The notes under the pieces are model-generated. The model made no database searches, had not been told where the DNA came from, and saw only the letters and a program-made list of their open reading frames with translations. DNA of 63,976 nucleotides, counting the filler, from Limisphaerales bacterium (GTDB taxonomy: Bacteria; Verrucomicrobiota; Verrucomicrobiia; Limisphaerales; SIBE01): the NCBI GenBank assembly GCA_044225505.1. It is 8 parts of 8 records of this genome, joined end to end, with 100 filler letters (N's around TTAATTAATTAA, not from the genome) between each part and the next. Parts side by side here need not be neighbours in the genome. Positions count along the whole stretch, not along the records: positions 1 to 9,027 come from JBGAIN010000267.1; positions 9,128 to 17,329 come from JBGAIN010000268.1; 6 more parts are not named here. One strand, 5' to 3'. Below, one piece after another: positions 1 through 11,706 of the stretch. Numbering within the stretch: position 1 is the first letter of the stretch; the number at the start of each line of letters is the position of its first letter. A program made the position numbers and the translations under genes.

Positions 1-742
1 GGCATAGGACGCCTTCGTCTAGTACTGGGAGATGTTCGCGCGCCGCTACCAGGGTGTCCCAGCGCGCGCTCTTAGCGTTAACTTGCTCAACGAGACGATG
101 TTTCCCGAACCGCGGCCCTACGTCAGCCCGGCCGAATCGATCATCATCGCTCACCAAAACCAGGCGCGCGCCCGGCCCCGTCCTCCGATGAGCCACGAAG
201 ACCACCGGCGCGTTATGACCCGCGCCATTGATCGCATCCGCGCGGTTTCGCCGGACCGGATTGTGATTCTCGACGGGCTCGACGTGGGTCGAACCATCAT
301 TCCCGACATGATCCCGAGCGGAGCCGGGCAGAGCGTGCACACGTATTTCCCGCCTGAGGTGAGCCATTATCGCGCCGCTTGGGTAGACGAAAAATCGGAT
401 TTTCCGAGACCGGAATGGCCCGCCCTGCGCCGCGATGGCCAGGCCCGGGTCACGCGCGAGACGTTGGAGAAGATCTACGAGCCATGGGGATGGCTGGCCA
501 CCCAGGGGATTGGCGTCCACGCCGGCGAGTGCGGCTGCTATTCGAAGACGCCGCACGACGTCTTCCTGCGCTGGACCGCCGACGTCTTCGACATTCTGAA
601 GCACCATAAGATCGGCTGGGCCTTGTGGAATTTCCGTGGGCCTTTCGGCGTGCTCGATTCGCAGCGGACCGACGTTGTCTACGAGACGTGGCACGGCCAC
701 CAACTCGACCGCAAGCTCCTCACTCTTCTGCAGGACACGTAG
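1..742 (+). CDS. Glycoside hydrolase family 5-like cellulase, C-terminal part (5'-truncated)
   Basis: NLLNE acid/base motif, SVHTY, HAGECG nucleophile region and GWALWNFRGPFG C-terminal motif typical of GH5. Confidence 0.8.
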
Positions 743-796
743 CGCTGGGGCTCGTTCCAGAGCCTGTTTGAATCCGAGATAACGTCGGTAGTTTCT

Positions 797-2293
797 ATGA
801 ACCAATGCAACCTCCAGCGACGGGCCACGGCGTGGATGCTGGCGATGACCGGGTGTTTGCTCGCTTCAACGCTGATCTCGGCGGCTGAGAGCGCCACTGA
901 ACAGGGAGTCCTACGGGTTTGTCCCGTCAATCCCCGTTACTTCCTTTGGCAAGGGCGTCCCACTGTCCTCGTCGCCTCGGGGGAACACTATGGGGCGGTG
1001 GTGAACGAAGATTTTGATTTCCGCAAGTACCTCGCTGCCGTAGAGGCCGTAGGCCTGAACCATACCCGGTTGTTTCTGGGAGACTACGTAGAAAGGGCTG
1101 GGGCTTTTGGCATCATCGATGACACGATTGCCCCCGCGCCGGGGCGCCTGCTGGTCCCGTGGGCCCGGAGCCGCACGCCGGGCTACGTTGGGGGCGGCAA
1201 CAAGTTCGACCTCGACCAGTGGGATCCAAAATTCTTTGAGCGGCTGCACGCCTTCTTCCAAGAAGCAGCCAAGCGGCAAATCGTGGTCGAGGTGGTGCTC
1301 TTCTTTGTTGGCCCGGGCTGGGACGATAGTCCCCTCAATTCCAAGAACAACATCAATGGCACGACCGAGATCGATTCCAAGCAGTACCTGACCCTGGATA
1401 ACGGGAACATCCTGGGGAGACAGGAGTCTTACTGCCGTAAAATCGTTCGAGAGCTGAACGCCTACGGCAATCTCCTTTTCAACCTCTGCAACGAGCCCTG
1501 GTTCTACAATCAGGAGAAGCCCGGTTTCGCTTCCCAACCGCCGACGGCAGTCAAAGCCTGGATCCGGCGCATCTCGGAATGGGTTAGGGACGAGGAATCG
1601 CGCCTGGCCAACCGGCATTTGCTGGACGTGGACATCTGCAACCAGGGAACGGTCATCACCCAGGAGGATCTGGAGAAGTACTTTGGCGCCCTGTCCATCT
1701 TTAGCGTCCACTATGACGCCAATGCCGAGATCCTCCGGCTGAACCCTAACCTCCCGAAAATCCTGGCCTTCAATGAGACGGGGTTCAACGGAACCAAGGA
1801 CGATTATTACCGCACTCAAGGCTGGCGCTTCCTGCTCTCGGGCGGCGGACTTTATGGGCACTTGGACTTCAGCTTCACGGTCGGGCACGAGGACGGTTCA
1901 GCGACGCCGAGGTTCCGCAATGCCAGTTATGACGGCGGAGGCAGTGCTGCGCTGCGGAAGCAATTGAAGATTCTCCTGGATTTCATGCACTCAGTCCCCT
2001 TCGAACACATGCTGCCGGACAACGGCGTTGTGGTCGGAGGAGCGGACAGTTGGAATGCAATGGTCTGGCCCGATCACGCCTACGCCATCTGGTTCCCGGG
2101 CGAAGGCCCCATCGCCCCCAAGGTGACCATCCCGAAGGGCGATTGGTGCGTGGAATGGGTCAATATTCTCTCCGGCGAGGTCACTTCTTCCGTCGTAAGT
2201 CCAAAAGGCTGGATCACAAACCTGAACGGCACTCGGCGAGGCGGAGGTGTCGGATTAAGAGTCCGTCGCCAGGTACCGGTCTTATCAAACTAA
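797..2293 (+). CDS. Secreted clan GH-A glycoside hydrolase-like protein with C-terminal beta domain
   Basis: Signal peptide; NPRYF start, NLCNEPW and FNETG glutamate motifs. Confidence 0.65.
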   Translation: MNQCNLQRRATAWMLAMTGCLLASTLISAAESATEQGVLRVCPVNPRYFLWQGRPTVLVASGEHYGAVVNEDFDFRKYLAAVEAVGLNHTRLFLGDYVERAGAFGIIDDTIAPAPGRLLVPWARSRTPGYVGGGNKFDLDQWDPKFFERLHAFFQEAAKRQIVVEVVLFFVGPGWDDSPLNSKNNINGTTEIDSKQYLTLDNGNILGRQESYCRKIVRELNAYGNLLFNLCNEPWFYNQEKPGFASQPPTAVKAWIRRISEWVRDEESRLANRHLLDVDICNQGTVITQEDLEKYFGALSIFSVHYDANAEILRLNPNLPKILAFNETGFNGTKDDYYRTQGWRFLLSGGGLYGHLDFSFTVGHEDGSATPRFRNASYDGGGSAALRKQLKILLDFMHSVPFEHMLPDNGVVVGGADSWNAMVWPDHAYAIWFPGEGPIAPKVTIPKGDWCVEWVNILSGEVTSSVVSPKGWITNLNGTRRGGGVGLRVRRQVPVLSN

Positions 2294-2315
2294 AACCTCA
2301 ACAAACAAAGCAGCT

Positions 2316-2978
2316 ATGCCATCCCGGACCATCTCAACCGCAGCCAGTCTCACCACCATTCTCTTCCTGAGTTTAATGGCCAAGGCGGCTGAACCTGCTT
2401 CCGGACCCGCAGCCCAGCCAACTCCGAGCAAGGTCGTTATCGTCGATGACTTCGAGTCCTACACCAACGACCTGCAGTTGGCCAAGACCTGGTACAAACC
2501 GCCTCACGGCGGCGGCATCCACCAAACCTGCGAATCGGTCATCAAGAACAGCGGCCACTTCAGCCTCAAGGTCGAATACAGCACCACCAAATCCAACGAC
2601 AAATTTTACAGCCCGATCTGCCGCGTCTCCAAATGGAACCTTGGCGGCTGCAACGCGCTGCAGTTCTGGTTCAAGCCCGACGGATCGGGTCGTGCCCTCC
2701 TGGTGGACCTCAATATCGCCAATAGCGAGGGAAAGAACATCCACGACCTTTGGGATTTCACGTATCTACCGAAGAAAGGCGACACCAGCCCACGCATCGT
2801 GACGGTGCCCTTCTCCAAGTTGGTCAAGAATGCCAAATACGCCGATTCCCCGAATACCAGCCCAATGTTCAAGCCCGAGGCCTTGATTGAGGTGGCGCTG
2901 TGCATTGGCGGACGGAACGATGAAGCCGGCGTTGGGGTTTACTATTTTGACGATTTCAGCGGCGTGTTTGTGGAATGA
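2316..2978 (+). CDS. Secreted carbohydrate-binding module protein (CBM11-like)
   Basis: Signal peptide; VDDFESY...LQFWFKPDGSG...VTVPFSKL...YFDDF pattern. Confidence 0.65.
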   Translation: MPSRTISTAASLTTILFLSLMAKAAEPASGPAAQPTPSKVVIVDDFESYTNDLQLAKTWYKPPHGGGIHQTCESVIKNSGHFSLKVEYSTTKSNDKFYSPICRVSKWNLGGCNALQFWFKPDGSGRALLVDLNIANSEGKNIHDLWDFTYLPKKGDTSPRIVTVPFSKLVKNAKYADSPNTSPMFKPEALIEVALCIGGRNDEAGVGVYYFDDFSGVFVE

Positions 2979-3022
2979 GTCGGCAGATATGCCAAACTCC
3001 CATCTTTGATCTGGCGACTCCT

Positions 3023-5879
3023 ATGCGCGGTGTCATAACGATGAGAACCATCCTGCTAGCAGTGGCCGCTGCGATCCTGACGTCCCTGGTATCCCGAGCA
3101 GCCGAATTGGCCCCCCGCTCCGCGGCAGAACGCATCAGCTGCTACGACGTGGTCTGGGGCACGCCTTCAAAGGATGCCAGCGGTCAGATGCCCATTGGTA
3201 ACGGCGATATCGCAGCGGGTGTGTACGCGATTGAAAAAGGCGATCTCTACCTCCTTCTGGCGAAGAACGACGCCTACACCTACCAGGGAGATCTGTTTAA
3301 GACGGGCCGGGTCCGGATTTCAATGGATCCCAATCCCTTCGAGTCTGGCAAGCCCTACCGTCAAACGCTTGACCTGCCGACCGGGTCGGTTCGCATTGAG
3401 GCTGACGGCGTGACGCTCCGAATCTGGGCCGATGCCCACCGGCCGGTGTATCACGTAGAAATCAACTCGCCCCGGGAGATCGCCATAGCAGCCAAGCCGG
3501 AGTTCTGGAAACGCTTCGATCACTGTTCCGCCAACCAGCAAGGCTACACGCCCGCCGTAGCCCAAGACGGAGCTGAACCGATTCAGGATGTGCGGCTGGA
3601 GCGCAACGGCCGCATACTCTGGTACTTTGCCGTCGGCGACCGCAGCATCTATCCGGACGATCTCAAGGCCTACGAGGTCGAGCAGATGGCATCGCGCTTT
3701 GCCGACCCTTTTCGTTTCAACACGTTTGGCAACCTGCTGGAAAGCCCGTCGTTGAAGCTCCAGGGCGGAGCGCTTTCCGGAAGCGGGAAGTCCTTCGACA
3801 TCCGCATCCACTCACTCGCGATACGGACGCCCAAGGGCAATGCCTGGATCGAGGCGATCGAGCGCAAAGCCCAGGAACCGGTCGACGCCGCCAGCGATTG
3901 GAAGTCGCATAGCCAGTGGTGGGCCGATTTTTGGGAGCGGAGCTGGATTATTGCTACCGACCGTACCTGCCCGGCTGAGGGCCGTGAACGATTCTTCGGC
4001 GAGGTCAGCGGCGGAGCGGCAAGCAGGAGGAAGACGGCGCCGCACTGGTCTCCCAAAGCTACAATGTCTTCCGCTATCCAATGGCCTGCCAAAGTCGCGG
4101 GCGAGTGCAGGTGAAATTCAACGGCGGACTGTTCACGCAGCCGCTTCATCTTGGAAAGGTCGAACTGGGCAAGATCCTCGCCCCTACGCCGTGGAGCAGC
4201 CCGACGGCACCTGGCTGACTCACGAAGACGATCGGCTTTGGGGCCGCCGGTTCACGTTCCAGAACCAGCGTTTGCTCTACTGGCCGCTCCTGGCCAGCGG
4301 GGACTTCGACCTCATGAAGCCTTTCTTCGATTACTACTCGAACTTGCTGCCGATGCGACGAGCAATCACGAAGGCGTGGTTCGGGCACGACGGGGCCTAC
4401 TACCGCGAGAACATCGAGCCCGACGGCGCCGAGCGCGACTGCGACAAAGGCCTGAGGCCGCCCAAGACTCTGCCGGGAGAGAAGTATGAGGGCTGGTATC
4501 ACGACTACTATTTCACCAGCGTCTGGAAACCGTCGCCATGATGCTCGACTACGTCCGTCATGCCGGCGATACCGATTTTTGCGACCGCGTTGGCGCCGCC
4601 TGCCAGGGAGGTCCTCACGTTCTTCGACCAGCACTCTGCGCGCGGAGCGGACGGCAAGCTCCGGCTCGAACCGTCCCAGGCACTGGAGACTTGGTGGGTC
4701 ACGGTCAACCCGACGCCGGACGTGGCTGGATTGCAGTACTGCCTTGATGGGCTACTGGCTTTGAGCGCGGGGAGTCAGGAGGACCAGGCCCATTGGAGGA
4801 GGTTCCGCGGTGAGATCCCCGAGCTGTTCCTGCCAACCAGCGAAGGCCGTCAAACCATTGCGCCAGCGAGGAAATGGGAGCGTCAGAGCAACATGGAGAA
4901 CGCGGAGCTTTACGCCGTCTTTCCGTTCCGCTGTTTCGGCCTCGCGCTTGGCAGCGGGGACCTCGTGGCATGGACCATGAAACATCGTACGGTCAAGGAC
5001 GGCTTCGGCTCCGCCTGCTGGACGCAGGACCAGATCCAATGGGCTTATGCTGGCAACGCCACGGAGGCCGCTCATGGGTTGGTCCGCCGCTTCCGCGTCG
5101 CATCGCCTCTGTGTCGGTTTCCGTTGTTTGGCCGCGAAGGTCCGGACTCGTGTCCCGACTTCGATCATTTCGGCGCAGGCTCCATCGCGCTCCAGCGGAT
5201 GCTCGTGCAAGAAGCCGGTGCCAAGATTCTTTTACTGCCGGCCTGGCCCGCGGACTGGGATGTTGAATTCAAACTGCACTTGTCCCAGCGCGCCATTCTC
5301 ACGGGCGCCGTCAAAGCTGGCAGGCTGACCACGTGGGACATTCACCCCGCATCCCGGAAGAAAGACGTGGTGGTTTGCGAGCCGCAACCGAACAAACCGC
5401 TTGGCCCTGTCATCCCGGCAAACCATCATGCGCTGCGTGCCGGTTCCGACCAGACTGGCGCGAACAAATTAAAAGGGGGCATCGGCCGCGTCACGTTCTT
5501 TCGCGAAAAACTAAAACCCGAGACGATTCGCGAGTTCGCCGCCAGCGACCGGACGAAATCACTCGATAGCTCGTGGTTGAATCCGAATGCCGGCGACATT
5601 TTGCCGACAAAACCTGAGGACTTCGCCGGCGCCATCTCGTTTGAGGCGTGGATCTGTCCTAGCGAGAACGAAACCGGCCGCATCCTCGACAAGCTCACTG
5701 CCGGCAAGAACGACGGATTTCTCTGGGACACGTATCCCGGCCTTAGCCTGCGCGTGATAGCGGGCGACCAAATCAAAATCGTGAACGACACATTGAAACC
5801 CGGCATCTGGCAACACGTCGCCGTGGTGATTGATCGCGGCGTGCTGCGGCTATACGTCAATGGCCAGCCGCTAGACTGA
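3023..5879 (+). pseudogene. DUF5703/GH95-like six-hairpin glycosidase with C-terminal LamG-like domain, split by frameshifts (~4030 and ~4520-4590)
   Basis: MPIGNGD N-terminus; QNQRLLYWP, ENAELYAVFPF and LLLPAWPADWDVEFKLH pieces lie in three consecutive frames; may be sequencing error. Confidence 0.7.
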
Positions 5880-5912
5880 GTCTCGTCCACAAGAGCCGTG
5901 TAGCCCAATGAT

Positions 5913-8348
5913 ATGTGTCCTATGAATACAAAACACCCTGGTAGCGCATTGACTTGCCTGGTCCTCTGCTTCTGCTGGTCCGTCCACGGAGCCGACTTGG
6001 TGGAGGTGTTGCCGCTCACCGACCGGATTTTGATGCTGCACTTCAATGAAGGGCATGTGATTCATCATGAGCGCGGTCAGAGTCGGTCTGACGAGAAGGT
6101 CGTCATTTCCCCTTTAGACACGGAGGCGGTGTCCAGACTCTCTACCTACGCGGTGAAAAGCCCCGACGACGGCGACTACCAAAGCGCACAAGCACCAGTC
6201 CAGGTCGGTCGGAAAAGCAAGGGCACTGATTTCGCGTGGTTTGTCGACAAATGGGAGAATGGGCACGCGGTCAACACCCGACCCGACCACACCAAGGAGC
6301 ATTGGGTTTACCTGTTCCTTCCCGAAGCGATGAAACGCGGAAAGACCTACAGGGTTGGCACCGGGCCCCTGGCGAGCAACGGTGCGGAATGGAAGTTGGT
6401 GTTCGACGAAACCAGGACGCGGTCGGAGGCCGTGCACGTGAACCTCCTGGGCTACGTTCCGACAGCTCCACAGAAGTTCGGATACGTCTTTCACTGGCTC
6501 GGTGACAAGGGGGGACTCGACCTCAAGGCCTGCGAGGGAAGTTCATTTGCACTCATCGACCTGAGCACCGGGAGTACTGCCTTCGCGGGAAGACTGAAGT
6601 TCCGGATGCCTGCGACTCAGCAGGAGACTTTCCACACGAAGGACTCGCCTCCAGAGGGGAGCTTCCTGAAAGCCGATGTCTACGAATGCGACTTCTCCGG
6701 ATTCAACAGGCCCGGACGATACGTGCTTTCGGTTCAGGGGATCGGCTGCTCGTTTCCCTTCTCCATTGCTCCGGACATTTACCGAGAAGCCTTTCGCACG
6801 ATGGCGCGAGGCTTGTATCACAACCGGAGCGGTATTGCCCTGGAAAAGCCCTATACGGAGTTTACCCGGCCCGCTCCCCACAATCCAAAGCTGACGCCAG
6901 GTTTTGCCGGCAAACTCATCTACACGACCGTCCGGTTCACCGAGTGGGGTTCGGAGGATGGAAATGCCAAGAAGTTACTGGCAGCCTCGAAGGGTCCAAT
7001 CGAATCGGCCGGCTGGTATCAGGACGCTGGGGATTGGGACAGCTATTACTCGCACCTTCGGGTCGCCCAGGAGCTGATGCTAGCTTACGAAATGGCTCCA
7101 CGGAACTTCACCGACGGTGAGCTGAGTATTCCCGAAAGCGGGAATGGCGTGCCTGACATACTGGACGAAGCGGCGTGGCTGCCTCGGTTTTGCTATAGGC
7201 TGCGCCACGAGCTCATGGACAGGCGCTACGGCACCGGCGGCCTGGGCTTACGCATCGCGGGGGATGCCTTTGGGGAGGATGAAAAGACGCTTCCCGACGG
7301 TAAACGAGTCGGTCAGGGCTCATGGGAGGACGTACATCGGACCTGGGCTGCCTCCGGCGAAGATCCGTGGTCCACCTACCGCTACGCCGGCGCGGCCGCC
7401 CACCTGGCTATCTGCCTGGAGCTGGCTCGGTCAAAAGATCCGGAAGGCATCAATTGGGCTAAGGAAGCGGCTGAAGCTTACGCCTGGGCCCAACAGAACA
7501 CCCGTCCTGGTGACGAACAGAAAGGTCCTGCCTTGCGCGAACCGCGCGCCTACGCCGCTGCCGCATTGCTCCGGATCACTGGTGAGAAGGGTTACGAACG
7601 TCAATTAGCCGCGGACACGGCTGACATCCAGAGCACCACCACCTTGTGGGACGACCGGCCATACGGGCCGTTAGTCTATGCTCTGGGGGGCAGAAAAGGC
7701 CAGGGTGACTCCAACCTCACCGCGAAGATCCAAGGCGCGATCCTCACGACGGCCGATCACCTGGCGATCGAAGTCGCTTCCAAACGGGCTTTGCGCTGGG
7801 GCGGCAACTGGAGCATGCCCATGCTGATCGGCCAGCAGACGACACCCTGGATGCTCCAAGCGGCAGTGGGCTACACCCTAACCAAAGACAAAGACCCGGC
7901 CAAGGCGGAACGCTACCTGGCCGCACTTTATACGACGTGCGATTACTTCCTCGGCTGCAACTCGCTCAACATGACCTGGGCAACCGGTTTGGGACCGCGC
8001 CATCCCCGTCAGGCGTTTCATATGGACGCCTGGTATAACGGCCGAGGCGAGTTTCATCCCGGGATCATTCCTTACGGCCCCTGGCGCAAGGAGCGGGCTG
8101 AAGGCCAAGGCCCCTGGGATGTGGCCTGGCCGCACAAGACCGTCTACCCGTCCATTGATGCCTGGCCAGGAAACGAGCGTTGGTTTGATAACCGCTGCTC
8201 TCCCATGAACAGCGAATTCACCATCCACCAGAACACCGCTCCTGCCGCGGCATTGTTTGGATTCCTCTGCGCGGCCACCAGCATACCGGATGCGCCTGTT
8301 GACCCGAACCGCACGCGAGTTTTCAATGGCGCCAATCGCGACGGATGA
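5913..8348 (+). CDS. Glycoside hydrolase family 9 with N-terminal Ig-like domain
   Basis: GWYQDAGDWD motif, LSIPESGNGVPDILDEA, YFLGCNSLN, SEFTIHQN; signal peptide. Confidence 0.85.
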   Translation: MCPMNTKHPGSALTCLVLCFCWSVHGADLVEVLPLTDRILMLHFNEGHVIHHERGQSRSDEKVVISPLDTEAVSRLSTYAVKSPDDGDYQSAQAPVQVGRKSKGTDFAWFVDKWENGHAVNTRPDHTKEHWVYLFLPEAMKRGKTYRVGTGPLASNGAEWKLVFDETRTRSEAVHVNLLGYVPTAPQKFGYVFHWLGDKGGLDLKACEGSSFALIDLSTGSTAFAGRLKFRMPATQQETFHTKDSPPEGSFLKADVYECDFSGFNRPGRYVLSVQGIGCSFPFSIAPDIYREAFRTMARGLYHNRSGIALEKPYTEFTRPAPHNPKLTPGFAGKLIYTTVRFTEWGSEDGNAKKLLAASKGPIESAGWYQDAGDWDSYYSHLRVAQELMLAYEMAPRNFTDGELSIPESGNGVPDILDEAAWLPRFCYRLRHELMDRRYGTGGLGLRIAGDAFGEDEKTLPDGKRVGQGSWEDVHRTWAASGEDPWSTYRYAGAAAHLAICLELARSKDPEGINWAKEAAEAYAWAQQNTRPGDEQKGPALREPRAYAAAALLRITGEKGYERQLAADTADIQSTTTLWDDRPYGPLVYALGGRKGQGDSNLTAKIQGAILTTADHLAIEVASKRALRWGGNWSMPMLIGQQTTPWMLQAAVGYTLTKDKDPAKAERYLAALYTTCDYFLGCNSLNMTWATGLGPRHPRQAFHMDAWYNGRGEFHPGIIPYGPWRKERAEGQGPWDVAWPHKTVYPSIDAWPGNERWFDNRCSPMNSEFTIHQNTAPAAALFGFLCAATSIPDAPVDPNRTRVFNGANRDG

Positions 8349-8680
8349 GAGGCAGATCCTTCCACCTGGACCGTCGTAGACAGTGCGATGCGAGGAGTCG
8401 GGGGGAGTTCGTGGCTCGCCTACACGAAGGCGGATTACGGCAGCTTCCGCCTTATCGTCACCGCGCGCACGAATCCAGTAAACGGGGATCATCTGGGCGT
8501 GCTCTTTTGGGGAGATCGCCTCACCGATGTCTCGAAGCCAAAGATCGACAATGCGGGGTGGATCCAGTTCATTCCACCCTTTGCAGGGATGTGGGACTAT
8601 CATCCCCCCCCAAGCATCACAAACTTGCCTCACGAGAAGATAGCCCAGGGGGCGAACGAATCGACCCTGAGAAACGAATC
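8349..8680 (+). pseudogene. DUF1080-like (3-keto-disaccharide hydrolase-like) fragment, in frame with the GH9 gene beyond a TGA
   Basis: RVFNG.NRDG*EADPSTWTVVDSAMRG...YTKADYGSFRL resembles the DUF1080 N-terminus. Confidence 0.5.
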
Positions 8681-8895
8681 ATTCCCGGTCCCATCGGACT
8701 GTTGCGCCACAGCGGCGGCGCATCCGAATACAAGACGTCTACATCGAATCCAATCCCAAGGACCGCAACCTCACGGGTCCCTGTGGGACGGACCAGAATT
8801 ACCGAACGGCATCTGGTGACGTTTTGTCACCAAACGGGCATCGTTGCATCCTCCAGGCTAATCCACCTCGTATGGCAGCCCGTTTGAGAGCAAAT

Positions 8896-9027
8896 TCAGA
8901 TTTCCGGATCTCGAGGAATTTCGTTGGCCCCGATTGGCTCGAAAACCATTCTTAGTTTCGTTCCAGGATACTCCGTTTCTGAGTCGGTCAACTCGGTGCA
9001 GAGATGGGTCAAGACGTCGTTATGAGC
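8896..9027 (-). mobile_element. C-terminal fragment of a putative IS transposase at the contig end
   Basis: Translates AHNDVLTHLCTELTDSETEYPGTKLRMVFEPIGANEIPRDPEI*; resembles transposase tails of the EL..TE..YPGT.L.L.FE type. Confidence 0.5.
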
Positions 9028-9127
9028 NNNNNNNNNNNNNNNNNNNNNNNNNNNNNNNNNNNNNNNNNNNNTTAATTAATTAANNNNNNNNNNNNNNNNN
9101 NNNNNNNNNNNNNNNNNNNNNNNNNNN
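9028..9127. other. Artificial contig linker (same at 17330-17429, 25356-25455, 33472-33571, 41504-41603, 49352-49451, 57095-57194)
   Basis: 100-nt N run with central TTAATTAATTAA six-frame stop. Confidence 0.99.
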
Positions 9128-10228
9128 CACGTCGAGTTCCTGAGCAAATCGAATCGTATTTTCGACGCTCTCTTGAGTTTCGACCGGGAGGCCCAGAATA
9201 AATGTTCCGTGAATAACAACGCCGGCTTGATGACAGGACTTGGTGAAGCGGCGCATTTCCTCGAGTGTCACACCCTTCTTAATCCGTTTCAGGATCTCCT
9301 CGTTGCCGCTTTCATAGCCCACGAGAAAGAGCCGCAGGCCGGAGTCCTTGAAGAACTTGATGGTATCGTAATCGATGTTGGCTCGGCTGTTGCAAGACCA
9401 GGTCAGCCCGAGGGGTGCCAGTTTGCGCGCGATCTCACGCGCGCGTGGCAAGTTCGCCGTGAACGTATCGTCATCGAAGAAGAATTCGCGAACCTTGGGA
9501 AACAGCTTTTTCATGTAAGCCATCTCGTCGGCCACGTTCTGCGGAGATCGAACGCGGTACTTGTGGCCCCCGATGGTCTGCGGCCAGAGACAGAACGTGC
9601 ATTGCGCTGGGCAACCACGGCCCGTGTATAGGCTCACGTAGGGATGCATCAAGTAGCCGATGAAGTACTTCTCGATCTGCAAGTCGCGTTTGTAGACGTC
9701 TGCTACCCATGGAAGCACGTCCATGTTCGTAATCAGTTCCCGCTCGGGGTTATGGCGAATCTTCCCTTCCTTATCGCGGTAAGAAAGGCCTGCAATGGTT
9801 TCCAGAGGCCGGCCCTCCGCGACTTCCTTACAGGTAAAATCGAATTCTTTGCGCCCGACCCAATCGATGGAAGCGGACGCTTTCAGTGTTTCCGCGGGGA
9901 GAACGGCAGCGTGAGCGCCCACGAATCCAATGCGGGTCTCCGGACGCTGTTGTTTGATCGCTTCGGCCACTTTGCAGTCGTTTTTCAGCGACGGAGTGCT
10001 CGTGTGGATGATGACATGATCGAACTCCTTGGCGCGCCGAAGGCACTCGTCTTTGCCAATATCGTGAGGCGGGCAATCGAGCAAGGTTGCTCCTGGGACC
10101 AAGGCCGCGGGCTGGGCGAGCCAAGTAGGATACCAGAAACTCGTCACTTCACGTCGTGCTTGGTAGCGCGAACCAGCGCCGCCATCAAATCCATCAAACG
10201 ACGGGGGGGAAAGAAACAGGGTCTTCAT
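9128..10228 (-). CDS. hpnJ: Hopanoid biosynthesis-associated radical SAM protein HpnJ (3'-truncated)
   Basis: MKTLFLSPPSFDGFDGGAGSRYQARRE..SFWYPTWLAQ N-terminus; CxxxCxxC (CPAQCTFC). Confidence 0.92.
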
Positions 10229-10303
10229 GTTCTTGTCTTGCGCAGACTAGGAGACAGCAGGGAGCAATCGATATCGCTTTGGAACGGGTAACTCGGAGCC
10301 GAT

Positions 10304-11680
10304 TTATCGCCCTGCCCCGTTGTTCCGGATTTTCGCCAGCAACTCTTCGCGCGCGGACGATCCATTTCCATGGCTGCTGCAACCGTTGCTGCCGGAAACT
10401 TCAGCCGGATTGTTAATCACCGCTTTGGCCTCCGCCAAATGCCCTTTGCCAATGGAGAAACCGTTGTATGCCTTGACGTTTCTTCCCTCGTAATAAGGTT
10501 TGGGCCGCGCCGAAAAGTTGTATTTGAAGTTCTTCCAATTATCGCCGCGCTGATAGTTGGTGCCTAAAGCGCCACTTGGGTCGTAACCACAGTGAACCAT
10601 ACAGTTCTCACACCGCGGATCGCGCGCGACGCCATTGACGACGCCGTACTTGTTCCAATCCACCTTGTCGAGCATCTCGCGGTAGGTGGGATAATGACCA
10701 TCGGTCATGAGGTAACAGGGGGCCTTCCAGCCGCGCACGTTCCGAGTCGGGATCGCCCACGCGGTGCAGGTCAACTCCCGTTTGCCCGCAAGAAACTCCT
10801 GGTAAACCGGCGTCCCGAAAATCGTAAACCGGTCCCCCCACTCCTGAATCTTCGCAAACTTCTCCCGCGTCATGGCGCGCGTGAGGAAAAAGTCTTCCGG
10901 CTGACGCCCCAAGCGCTTGATCATGTCTTTCTTGGCGGCATCATAATCATAGCCCGGTGAGATCGTGTGACCGTCCACTTCGAGCGAGGAGAAAAACTCA
11001 AACATCTCTTCGATCTCTTTGACGTCCGTCTCCTTGTAAACCGTGGTATTGGTCGCTACCTGATAGCCAAGAATCTTGGCCATCTTGATCGCTTCCACGC
11101 ATTCTTTAAACACGCCTTCCCGTTCGACGATCAGATCGTGGGTGTATTCCAACCCGTCGATGTGAACGTTCCAGTACAACCATTGCGTCGGACGGATCGT
11201 CGTCTTTTGCCGCGCTTTTTCATCCGCATGACGTATCGCCTCCGCATCCTTTTCGGTAATCAGCTTCTCCGCGAGCAAGGCGGTTATCTTCGGTTCCAGA
11301 CCTGGGGTGTAAATGCTCGCCAAATACTCGCGCATTTTCTTGCGCATGAACATCCCGTTCGTGCAGATGTAAACGATACGCCCCTGCCCAAGCAACCCAT
11401 CCACCAATTCCTCGATCTTCGGGTAAATCAGCGGTTCACCCCCACAAACCGAAACCATGGGTGCATCGCAATCCTGCGCAGCCCCCAGACAATCCTCCAG
11501 ACTCATGACATCTTTTAAGCTGGTGGAATACTCGCGGATTCGGCCACATCCAGTGCACGTCAGATTGCACGTATGCAATGGTTCCAGCTGCAGAACCATG
11601 GCAAATCGGGGTGTCTTACGGAGCTTGTGGCTGATGATGTGCCGGGCAATCTTCGCCGTCAAAGCGAGCGGGAATCGCAT
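10304..11680 (-). CDS. hpnH: Adenosyl-hopene transferase HpnH-like radical SAM protein (DUF3463 C-terminus)
   Basis: LEPLHTCNLTCTGCGRI, GGEPL, PCYL, DPRCENCMVHCGYD; upstream of hpnJ. Confidence 0.8.
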   Translation of the reverse strand: MRFPLALTAKIARHIISHKLRKTPRFAMVLQLEPLHTCNLTCTGCGRIREYSTSLKDVMSLEDCLGAAQDCDAPMVSVCGGEPLIYPKIEELVDGLLGQGRIVYICTNGMFMRKKMREYLASIYTPGLEPKITALLAEKLITEKDAEAIRHADEKARQKTTIRPTQWLYWNVHIDGLEYTHDLIVEREGVFKECVEAIKMAKILGYQVATNTTVYKETDVKEIEEMFEFFSSLEVDGHTISPGYDYDAAKKDMIKRLGRQPEDFFLTRAMTREKFAKIQEWGDRFTIFGTPVYQEFLAGKRELTCTAWAIPTRNVRGWKAPCYLMTDGHYPTYREMLDKVDWNKYGVVNGVARDPRCENCMVHCGYDPSGALGTNYQRGDNWKNFKYNFSARPKPYYEGRNVKAYNGFSIGKGHLAEAKAVINNPAEVSGSNGCSSHGNGSSAREELLAKIRNNGAGR

Positions 11681-11706
11681 AGTGCTTTTAATCTGCGTTG
11701 AACTGA

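Noticed and set aside
9028..9127. Recurrent TTAATTAATTAA as a biological repeat; gene adjacency across linkers
   Set aside because: It is an artificial six-frame-stop linker within N runs, so neighbours across it are unlinked.
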